This document shows, piece by piece, positions 56,892 through 64,000 of a stretch of DNA of 64,000 bases; the stretch's first letter is position 1; each line of letters starts with the position of its first letter. Position numbers and translations under genes: made by a program. Source of the stretch: Clostridia bacterium (GTDB taxonomy: Bacteria; Bacillota; Clostridia; Oscillospirales; CAG-272). The stretch is from contig JAFVTS010000008.1 in assembly GCA_017503105.1 (NCBI GenBank), positions 206,212 to 270,211 of the forward strand, written 5' to 3'. The notes beneath the pieces are model-generated. The model was not told the DNA's origin. It saw only the letters and a program-made list of their open reading frames with translations, and did no database searches.

Positions 56892-56921
56892 TAGCAACGA
56901 AAAAACAATTTAAAAGCATTA

Positions 56922-56956
56922 AAGCACTCTGCCTTAAACAGCAAAGTGCTTTTTTC
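56922..56956 (+). terminator. Intrinsic terminator of the rpsF-ssb-rpsR operon
   Basis: AAGCACT(56922-56928)/AGTGCTT(56945-56951) with an inner TGC/GCA pair, then TTTTT. Confidence 0.7.
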
Positions 56957-57061
56957 TTTCCCCACAACTATTATTATAGGCTAACGCTCTCATCCCTTGC
57001 CTCTACACAAATCGCCAATTTACGCTTGATACGTATTTCAGAACAGTTTTATTACACACGG

Positions 57062-57814
57062 TTACCTGTATGCATTTGGTGTGCATCCCACTGTTTTTTT
57101 GAACTGATTGATAAAATGAGCGGTATCATAATATCCAAGCTTTTCCGCGATTTCCCCAACTGATAATTTGGAGTTTAGCAAAAGGATCTTTGCGTAATTG
57201 ATTCGTGCGTTTAAGAGATAACCTGAAAAACTGATGCCAACATTTTTGTGAAACAGCTTTCCGAGATAGGTTGCCGAATACCCATATTCCGTTGCCAATT
57301 CCGAAAGGACGTGCTTGCCTTCCGGAGATGCGTTTATTCTGTCGCAGATCTCGGTAACGTATTTTTGATGTGCCGCGCTATCCGGTGTTTGTTTGGTATT
57401 GGCGGCATCGGGAGAGGAGAAGAATTCGTTTAAAAGAACCTCAAGATATGAATTTACGAGGGCTATTCTGTTCATATTGTAAAAAAGGATCACTCGGGAG
57501 AAAAGTTCTTTGAAAAAAGACACGTTTGATATTCGTTTGTGATCAATTTCAAAAGAGCTGCCGTCTGCACTAAAGTGTACTGCATAGACGAAAAGGCGAT
57601 TATCGTGGTTGTGAGTACCGTACGTAAGTGTTTTTGGTGGAATCAGAAAACAAGAGCCGATCTTTACACTGTACTGCACGCTGTCGAGCGAAAGCGATCC
57701 TTCGCCACGGAAAACCGCCCACAGGGTATAATCCTTGCTCCCACCCGTTTTCCAGCTCCAATCGGCGTCGCAATCGTAAATTCCGCAAGAGTTTACCGTG
57801 TATTTAGTTGACAT
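57062..57814 (-). CDS. AraC-family transcriptional regulator (cupin sensor plus HTH)
   Basis: N-terminal cupin-like domain and a C-terminal double HTH (SELATEYGYSATYLGKLFHK...GYYDTAHFINQFKK). Confidence 0.85.
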   Translation of the reverse strand: MSTKYTVNSCGIYDCDADWSWKTGGSKDYTLWAVFRGEGSLSLDSVQYSVKIGSCFLIPPKTLTYGTHNHDNRLFVYAVHFSADGSSFEIDHKRISNVSFFKELFSRVILFYNMNRIALVNSYLEVLLNEFFSSPDAANTKQTPDSAAHQKYVTEICDRINASPEGKHVLSELATEYGYSATYLGKLFHKNVGISFSGYLLNARINYAKILLLNSKLSVGEIAEKLGYYDTAHFINQFKKTVGCTPNAYR

Positions 57815-57917
57815 CTTCGAATTACACCTCCTTTTAGATCTTTTTTATTATATAACATTTTTATATACAAATCAATAGATATGTCGTAATTTTACAATTA
57901 CAGGTCGAAAAAACACA

Positions 57918-57946
57918 TTGTAACAGGACGTTATTTTTGATAAAAT
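57918..57946 (+). promoter_or_regulatory. Candidate promoter for the URO-D-family/M55 gene pair
   Basis: TTGTAA (57918-57923), 17-nt spacer, TAAAAT (57941-57946), with a TGa extended -10. It is divergent from the araC-family gene. Confidence 0.45.
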
Positions 57947-57987
57947 GAATAAGGTAAAATCATATTTCAAAATTTGAGGTGATGAGA

Positions 57988-59103
57988 ATGAAGTGGGATA
58001 GAGAAAGATACATTGCGCACTCCCTCTTTGAAGATACCGGGCGCGAAATGTTTTGTGAACTGTTTGGACCTCTTCACGTATTGGAAAAGGAATGGCGGAT
58101 GCAGGGGGCTTCCGAAAAAGAGATAGGAATGTCTGCTTTTGATTGGGACTACGTTCCCTCCGCTTTTCTGGCAGGCGAAACACGTGCTAAAACCGATATC
58201 GCGGTGCAGATCCTTGAAGACACACCGGAAATGACGCTGGCAATCGATACAATGGGACGGCACACCAAGCTTATCAAAAAAACAGCTACTATTCCTCTGC
58301 CCCTTGATTATCCGGTTGCTACGCCTGACGACTGGGAAAAAGTTAAGCATTGGTACACCTTCACGGAAGACCGAGTAAACCGTGAAAAACTTCTCGAACA
58401 AAAAAAGAGATGGGAAAACGGAGAACTGACGATGATCGGAATTCTCGGCGCGTTTGACGAGCCGCGTCAGCTTCTTGGCGAGGCGGAAGTATGTCTGGCT
58501 TGCTATGAATATCCGGAAATGCTGCACGATATGCTAGACACTTTTGCGGATACGGCAATAAAAGTGATCGAAAGGGTTGGAGAAACCGTGCCCATCGACT
58601 GTCTGGTCGTACACGAAGATATGGCAGGAAAATCAGGGCCGTTATTTGGGCCTGCCCAGATTCGCGAATTTTTCAAGCCCTATTACAGCCGCGTATGGGA
58701 AGCCGCAAAGGCATACGGAGCCAAGCTTTTTTCTATGGACAGTGACGGGGATATGTCACCCATTTACGGTGAACTTATTGAATGCGGATTGAACTGCATC
58801 CACCCGGTTGAACCCGTTGGGGGCAATGATATGGTTGAATTGCGAAAAAAATACGGAAAATCGCTTTGCTTTAAGGGAGGCATCGACAAGCACGCGCTCA
58901 TTAAGGGAAAAGAAGCTGTCCGACGGGAGTTGGAATACCGTCTTTCTTCCAATTTAATGGGAGGCGGAACGATTTTCGGATTAGATCACCGTATTCCCAA
59001 CGGCGTACATATTGATACGTACCGCTATTACGTTGATCTCGGGCGTGAAATGCTTGGTTTGGAACCGATTTGTGCCGAAGGTTGGGCAAGAATGGCTTTT
59101 TGA
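57988..59103 (+). CDS. Uroporphyrinogen-decarboxylase (URO-D) family protein, MtaA/CmuA-like
   Basis: The C-terminal half (VVHEDMAGKSGPLF...SMDSDGDMSPIYGELIECGLNCIHPVEP...LCFKGGID) fits the URO-D fold family. ATG 57988 is 6 nt after GAGGTG. Confidence 0.65.
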   Translation: MKWDRERYIAHSLFEDTGREMFCELFGPLHVLEKEWRMQGASEKEIGMSAFDWDYVPSAFLAGETRAKTDIAVQILEDTPEMTLAIDTMGRHTKLIKKTATIPLPLDYPVATPDDWEKVKHWYTFTEDRVNREKLLEQKKRWENGELTMIGILGAFDEPRQLLGEAEVCLACYEYPEMLHDMLDTFADTAIKVIERVGETVPIDCLVVHEDMAGKSGPLFGPAQIREFFKPYYSRVWEAAKAYGAKLFSMDSDGDMSPIYGELIECGLNCIHPVEPVGGNDMVELRKKYGKSLCFKGGIDKHALIKGKEAVRRELEYRLSSNLMGGGTIFGLDHRIPNGVHIDTYRYYVDLGREMLGLEPICAEGWARMAF

Positions 59104-59222
59104 TCTTTTTTCATAAGGCGAATGCAAGCAAAGTTTGCAGCATAATTACAAAAGCAGCCTTCGTTAAAACAAAAATCCGCGTCGATTGCAGTATAACAAA
59201 TATCAGTCAAAGAAGGAGAAAA

Positions 59223-60059
59223 ATGAGAATGTATGAACGTGTATTACTCGCTTTAGATCTCGAGGGCGTTAACAACGTGGCGGGAGAACCCTATAGCGGA
59301 CTTGCTCGTGATACGGAAGGGTGGTTTGTTGCAAAGGAACAGGCGGTACTTGAGATCAACGCAGCGGCAAAAGCGATCTTCGAAGCAGGGGCGCGGAAAG
59401 TTGGTCTTTGGGATAATCACGGAGGCGGAAATAATATTGACAAGACCGCTTTAGATCCTCGAATCACGTTGATTCCTTATGATTTCGGGTTGTCTGAACG
59501 TATGAGCTTTGCAGATGGAGAATACGACTGCATTTGCTTCTTTGGATATCACGCAATGGAAGGAACGCTCGGCGGTGTTTTGGCGCACACTATAAACAGC
59601 AAGATCGTGCAATATTATAAATTAAACGGTCGTTATATTGGTGAGGTTGATATGGATGCGTATATTGCCGCTTCGAAAGGTATGCCCTCGCGTTTCTTTG
59701 CCGGAGGCAATATTGCTTGTGAGCAGGCAAAACGCGCAGTTGGGCAAATTGTAACGGTAGAAACAAAAAAAGAGATTTCGCGTAATGAAGCAATTTTTCG
59801 TAACAACGAAGAGCTTTTGGCGGAAATAGGTAAAAAAATCGTAGAGGCGGTTGAAACCGAGGCTTCTCCCTTCCCTTTACAATTTCCGTCCGTTTGGGAA
59901 AAATCCTTCAAGCGTACGGAGGATGCGGCTAAATATTTGTTAAAATTACGTTCTTTGGGAATGGATTCCAAGCATCCTGATGATGAGGTTCTCGGCAAGG
60001 ATGCTCATACCGTAGTGTCAACGATTTATAATATTGATGATTTGATAAAGTGTATTTAA
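59223..60059 (+). CDS. Peptidase M55 (DppA-type D-aminopeptidase) family protein
   Basis: LDLEGV, WDNHGGG and FFGYHAMEGTLGGVLAHT...LNGRYIGEVDMDAYIAA are collinear with B. subtilis DppA as I recall it. ATG 59223 follows AGAAGGAGA. Confidence 0.65.
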   Translation: MRMYERVLLALDLEGVNNVAGEPYSGLARDTEGWFVAKEQAVLEINAAAKAIFEAGARKVGLWDNHGGGNNIDKTALDPRITLIPYDFGLSERMSFADGEYDCICFFGYHAMEGTLGGVLAHTINSKIVQYYKLNGRYIGEVDMDAYIAASKGMPSRFFAGGNIACEQAKRAVGQIVTVETKKEISRNEAIFRNNEELLAEIGKKIVEAVETEASPFPLQFPSVWEKSFKRTEDAAKYLLKLRSLGMDSKHPDDEVLGKDAHTVVSTIYNIDDLIKCI

Positions 60060-60125
60060 TTCATAGATATTATTTAGATAGCTAAACGTTCCTTAACAGC
60101 ATCAAAGTACTTTGATAATTGATAT

Positions 60126-60167
60126 GCACCCCAAAAGTTAAACACTTTTTTGGGGTGCATTTTTTTA
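60126..60167 (+). terminator. Intrinsic terminator after the M55 gene
   Basis: GCACCCCAAAA(60126-60136)/TTTTGGGGTGC(60148-60158), then ATTTTTTTATTTT. Confidence 0.8.
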
Positions 60168-60265
60168 TTTTAACAAAACGGAAACAAAAGTTAAAAGAGG
60201 CTAAAACAAGAATTACGTATAATTAAGCCAGAGGCTTAATTTTTAAAAAGGAGGCTTTTCGGGAC

Positions 60266-61828
60266 GTGAAAAGAACACTCGAATACAAAGCGGGAGATAA
60301 GACTGTCACAAGACAGATAAACTACATTCCCGTCAGGTATATTATAGCGATAATCATAACGGTTCTTGAGGTGCTCGCGGTAATTTCGGCGGTCGTCGTT
60401 TGCTGTTATTTCATTCCTTATTTTTATATAGCGGCGTGGCTTACGGAAATTTTCTGCGTCGTCAAGATCGCCTCGTCGGACGATCCGCCCGAATATAAGG
60501 TGCCGTGGATGCTCGTCGTGCTGATTATTCCGATTGCGGGCTTTATGCTCTACTTTATGTTCTACTCAAGAAAGCTTAAGGGAAAGTTTGTAAAACGCCT
60601 CGGTGAGCTTGAAAGATATAATTACGGTATTGACACAAAAAGCGCGGAGGAACAGCTTTACAAAGAAGACCCGCTCGCCGCGTCTTCTGCGAAAATGCTC
60701 ACGGACATCTCGGGCTCAAAGCTTTTCGAAAACACTGCCCTTACCTACTTTCCAAACGGTGCTTCGTATTTTGAGAGTGTAAAAAAAGACCTTGAGTGTG
60801 CTGAAAAATTCATCTTTCTTGAATACTTTATAATAGAAAAAGGAAGGTTTTGGGACGGAATACTCGAAATACTTGAAAGAAAAGCAAAGGCAGGCGTAAA
60901 AGTCCGCGTGCTCTACGACGACATCGGCTGTATGTCAACTCTGCCGGGCAATTATTCAAAGGAGCTCGGAAGGCTCGGAATAGACGCACTTCCCTTCTCT
61001 AAGCTTCGCGGAAACGCCGATTCCGAGTTCAACAACAGAAGCCACAGAAAGATACTCGTCATCGACGGCAAGATCGGATATACGGGCGGCATAAATATTG
61101 CCGATGAATATATCGGAGAGGTCCTGCGCTTCGGAGAATGGAAGGACACGGGAATCAGGCTCTCGGGCGACGGTGTCAAGGAGCTTACGAGACTCTTCCT
61201 TAACGATTACGGTATAAACGCGAAGAAGCTTCCCGATGATGGGTTTGATTACTACCCCGAGTGCCGTGCCGAGGGCGGCGGTTACGTTATTCCCTTCGGT
61301 GACGGGCCGCGACCGATATACGAAAAGCGCGTTGGAAAAAGCGCGATAAAGAATATGCTGAGCTCCGCCACACGGTACGTTTATATAAGCACGCCCTATC
61401 TGATTATCGACAACGACCTTTGCGTGAGCATTGAGAGTGCCGCTTTGAGGGGCGTCGACGTGCGCATCATCGTCCCGCACGTTCCCGACAAAAAGATGGT
61501 ATTCGGAATAACGAGAAGCTTCTACAAGCGCCTTATCGATTCGGGTGTTAAAATTTACGAGTTCACCCCCGGATTTATCCACGCAAAAAATTACGTGGCA
61601 GACGACAAATACGCTATAACGGGAACGGTAAATCTTGATTACCGCAGTCTTGTGCACCATTTTGAAAACGGAATATGGATGTACGGCTGCGGCGCCGTTG
61701 CCGATATAAAGCGCGATCTTGACGAAACGATAGCACGCTCCGAAAAGATAGAAGCGAGTAGCTTGAAAACAAATATCATCACTCGCGTGCTCCGCTCGGT
61801 TATAAGAATTTTTTCGCCTATGCTTTGA
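60266..61828 (+). CDS. cls: Cardiolipin synthase (PLD superfamily, two HKD motifs)
   Basis: Two N-terminal TM segments; HRKILVID and HAKNYVAD HKD motifs; GTG start after AGGAGG. Confidence 0.9.
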   Translation: MKRTLEYKAGDKTVTRQINYIPVRYIIAIIITVLEVLAVISAVVVCCYFIPYFYIAAWLTEIFCVVKIASSDDPPEYKVPWMLVVLIIPIAGFMLYFMFYSRKLKGKFVKRLGELERYNYGIDTKSAEEQLYKEDPLAASSAKMLTDISGSKLFENTALTYFPNGASYFESVKKDLECAEKFIFLEYFIIEKGRFWDGILEILERKAKAGVKVRVLYDDIGCMSTLPGNYSKELGRLGIDALPFSKLRGNADSEFNNRSHRKILVIDGKIGYTGGINIADEYIGEVLRFGEWKDTGIRLSGDGVKELTRLFLNDYGINAKKLPDDGFDYYPECRAEGGGYVIPFGDGPRPIYEKRVGKSAIKNMLSSATRYVYISTPYLIIDNDLCVSIESAALRGVDVRIIVPHVPDKKMVFGITRSFYKRLIDSGVKIYEFTPGFIHAKNYVADDKYAITGTVNLDYRSLVHHFENGIWMYGCGAVADIKRDLDETIARSEKIEASSLKTNIITRVLRSVIRIFSPML

Positions 61829-61925
61829 TTTTCAAGGATTAACAAAACGCAAACAATTCTAAAAAAACTCAAAAACACCGCTATGTTATAATGTGCTCAC
61901 AAACAAAGAAACAAGGAGATACGTT

Positions 61926-62273
61926 ATGAACAGAAACGACCAAGAGTTTATAGCACAAAAAATACGCACGCAGTACGTAGAAGAAGAGCAAAACGAGCTT
62001 TCCGAGCTCAGAAGGCTTGACAAAGAGGTAAAGCGCCCTGCAAAGCTTTTCGCTTACATCTTTGGCACGGCAGGTGCGCTCGTTCTCGGTACCGGAATGT
62101 CGCTTGCAATGAAGATCATAGGTAACGCTATGATACCGGGCATCGTAATCGGTCTTCTCGGCATCGCAATGGTAAGTGTTAATTACAAGCTTTACAGCGT
62201 GATACTTGCAAAGCGCCGTGCAAAATATGCGGATAGAATTATCAGACTCAGTGATAAAATAATCAATAATTAA
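61926..62273 (+). CDS. Hypothetical 2-TM membrane protein
   Basis: ATG 61926 after AAGGAGA. An extended -10 TGtTATAAT lies at 61884-61892. No family recognised. Confidence 0.5.
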   Translation: MNRNDQEFIAQKIRTQYVEEEQNELSELRRLDKEVKRPAKLFAYIFGTAGALVLGTGMSLAMKIIGNAMIPGIVIGLLGIAMVSVNYKLYSVILAKRRAKYADRIIRLSDKIINN

Positions 62274-62291
62274 AAGTAGGAGATAAACGAA

Positions 62292-62549
62292 ATGGGACTT
62301 ATCAATTTCTTTAAAAAATCGTTCAGCGATATGAAGGAGAGCGCAAAGGCGCAGCACGAGGTCGACAAGGCTAATTTCAGCGCGGCAAAGGCCGAGTCTC
62401 ACGCCGGATGGGAAGAGGCAAAGGCTATGGGCGATCCCAAAAGACGCGGCGCTGTAATGCAGGCGAAGAGAGATGAACAGATAGCCGAGGCAAACGAGAG
62501 AAAGGCAGCCGCCGAAGCTCGCATCGACGCCGTCCGCGGTAATGAATGA
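62292..62549 (+). CDS. Hypothetical charged/helical 85-aa protein
   Basis: AGGAGA SD; Ala/Lys/Glu-rich. No family recognised. Confidence 0.45.
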   Translation: MGLINFFKKSFSDMKESAKAQHEVDKANFSAAKAESHAGWEEAKAMGDPKRRGAVMQAKRDEQIAEANERKAAAEARIDAVRGNE

Positions 62550-62568
62550 TAAAGCTTACGATAACTAT

Positions 62569-62604
62569 GCGAGGCGGTTCGATCACCGCCTCGTCATTAT
62601 TTAT
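62569..62604 (+). terminator. Possible terminator after the two small genes
   Basis: 10-bp stem CGAGGCGGT(62570-62578)/ACCGCCTCG(62585-62593); weak U-tract (ATTATTTAT). Confidence 0.45.
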
Positions 62605-62711
62605 GATAAAACTTCGATTTTTTCATAAAAGCATCTCGGCGCAAACAAAATATTAACATTTATGTGTTATAATTAAAGAAAACGTATTATTTATCCGAGA
62701 GAGGTTGCCAT

Positions 62712-63383
62712 ATGTTTAAGATCTTGGTAGTTGAAGACGACAGGGATTTGAATCGCAGCGTGTGCTCATTTTTAAACAACAGCGGATACGAAGCAACGGG
62801 CTGTCTTAACGCTGAGGGAGCGTACGACGAGATGTACAAAACCACCTTCGACCTGATCGTTTCCGATATTATGATGCCGGGGATCGACGGCTTTGAATTT
62901 GCGAGAACGGTCAGAGAACTGAATAAAGATATACCCATTCTTTTTATGAGCGCGAGAGACGACTTTGCCTCAAAGCAAAGAGGCTTCAGGGTCGGTATTG
63001 ACGACTATATGGTAAAGCCCATAGATCTCGACGAGCTGTTCTTGAGAATAGGCGCCCTGCTCCGTCGGGCAAAAATAGCTTCCAGCCGCAGAATAGAGAT
63101 AGGAAGCTTCATAATGGACGCGGACGAGCGCACCGCATATCTTTCCGAAGAGGAGATAGCTCTTACCGCGCGCGAGTTCGATATACTTTATAAGCTTCTG
63201 TCATATCCTAAAAAAACGTTCACGAGAACTCAGCTTATGGATGAGTTCTGGGACGTCGATACGCAAACGGGCACTCGCTCCGTCGACGTTTATATGACCA
63301 AGTTAAGAGCAAAGCTTGCCGATTGCGACGATTTTGAGATACTGACCGTACACGGTCTTGGATATAAGGCGGTAATAAAATGA
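62712..63383 (+). CDS. OmpR/PhoB-family response regulator
   Basis: Receiver domain (DLIVSDIMMPGIDG) plus a winged-helix C-terminus (TVHGLGYK). Confidence 0.9.
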   Translation: MFKILVVEDDRDLNRSVCSFLNNSGYEATGCLNAEGAYDEMYKTTFDLIVSDIMMPGIDGFEFARTVRELNKDIPILFMSARDDFASKQRGFRVGIDDYMVKPIDLDELFLRIGALLRRAKIASSRRIEIGSFIMDADERTAYLSEEEIALTAREFDILYKLLSYPKKTFTRTQLMDEFWDVDTQTGTRSVDVYMTKLRAKLADCDDFEILTVHGLGYKAVIK

Positions 63384-64000
63384 AGAGCGACAGACGTACA
63401 AAAAGGCTCCTTGCCGCTATAAATCACTACGTGATTTTCTTTCTTCTGATAGCCTTCGTCGTTACTTGCTGTACTATGCTGTTCGTTACGACGCTTTCAA
63501 AGAGCCTTGGGGTAACCTTGACGAGCGAGAATATAAGCACCGCGGCAAAACTGACCTTCGGAAACGTGGTGCTGGTAAGTATTCTCTTCACCGTTATCGA
63601 CGCCCTTCGCAGAAAATGGACGCTTGAGCGCCCCGCAAAAGAGATAGCCGCCGCAACGGAAAAGATGATCAGAGGCGATTTCAACGTAAGGATCCCCGAG
63701 ACCTCAAAGCTTGCCACGGATGAGAATTTCGGGAACATAATAGACTGCATAAATAAAATGGCGGAGGAGCTGTCAGGCGTTGAAACTCTGCGCACGGATT
63801 TCATAGCAAACGTTTCGCACGAGATGAAAACGCCGCTTTCCGTAATACAAAATTACGGAAAGCTCTTGCAGGACCCCGCACTTGACGAAGAAAAGCGTAT
63901 TGAATACGCAAAGGCGCTTACCGACTCGTCAAAAAAGCTCTCGGATATGGTAACGAATATACTAAGACTCAGTCGCCTTGAAAATCAAAAGATTTATACA
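63380..64000 (+). CDS. Sensor histidine kinase (N-terminal part; runs off the right edge)
   Basis: Absent from the ORF track. ATG 63380 overlaps the RR stop (ATGA). My translation is MKSDRRTKRLL..., with two TM segments, a HAMP-like linker and the H-box FIANVSHEMKTPL. Confidence 0.85.
   Translation, partial: MKSDRRTKRLLAAINHYVIFFLLIAFVVTCCTMLFVTTLSKSLGVTLTSENISTAAKLTFGNVVLVSILFTVIDALRRKWTLERPAKEIAAATEKMIRGDFNVRIPETSKLATDENFGNIIDCINKMAEELSGVETLRTDFIANVSHEMKTPLSVIQNYGKLLQDPALDEEKRIEYAKALTDSSKKLSDMVTNILRLSRLENQKIYT

Noticed and set aside
60266-61828. PLD/HKD protein as a possible nuclease-type defence effector.
   Set aside because: Two N-terminal TM helices, duplicated HKD motifs and a length of about 500 aa are the standard cardiolipin synthase architecture.
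1-64000. Search by eye for CRISPR arrays, tRNA/rRNA genes, transposases, integrases, phage structural genes and toxin-antitoxin pairs.
   Set aside because: There are no regularly spaced direct repeats and no cloverleaf-like GC-rich 75-nt islands in any intergenic gap. There are no DDE or tyrosine/serine recombinase-like ORFs, and no small overlapping gene pairs of TA type. tRNAscan-SE, cmscan or ISfinder searches would be needed for certainty.

Overview
The window is chromosomal DNA from a spore-forming Firmicute of the class Clostridia. The evidence is a spoIIGA-sigE pair, whiA, a dcw cluster with a SpoVD/FtsI-type PBP, GGAGG-type ribosome-binding sites and mid-range GC. About 90% is tightly packed core housekeeping: hflX, rpmE, spoIIGA-sigE, mrp, a clpC-like AAA+ gene, dnaE, whiA, murB and recN-argR-nadK-tlyA-xseBA-nusB. 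It also holds ruvAB, rpe, ispDF, mraZ-rsmH-pbp-murEF-mraY-ftsW-murG-ftsZ and recD2. The rest is metK behind a SAM-I riboswitch, pyk-pfp, hslO, ispE, rpsF-ssb-rpsR, cls and a two-component system running off the right edge. I saw no rRNA, tRNA, CRISPR array, transposase, integrase or prophage genes. The stand-out accessory element is a three-gene minus-strand cassette at about 48.2-53.5 kb. It encodes a TerB-N/TerB-C protein, a BrxD-like P-loop ATPase and an Lhr-like SF2 helicase. It has its own near-consensus promoter and is wedged between ispE and a methyltransferase-hslO pair. That composition matches the Shango (SngABC) anti-phage family, and its ATPase and helicase match the brxD/brxHI pair of type 2 BREX. 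No mechanism is known for either, so this is my top candidate system. Smaller accessory pieces are an ogl/kdgF-like uronate pair, an AraC / URO-D-family / M55-peptidase islet, and a divergent MreB-like actin with a 40-aa membrane peptide convergent on ftsZ. There is also a 690-bp gene-free spacer carrying a repeated 12-13-nt motif. All calls rest on reading the ORF translations and the DNA by eye; no database search or computation was run.
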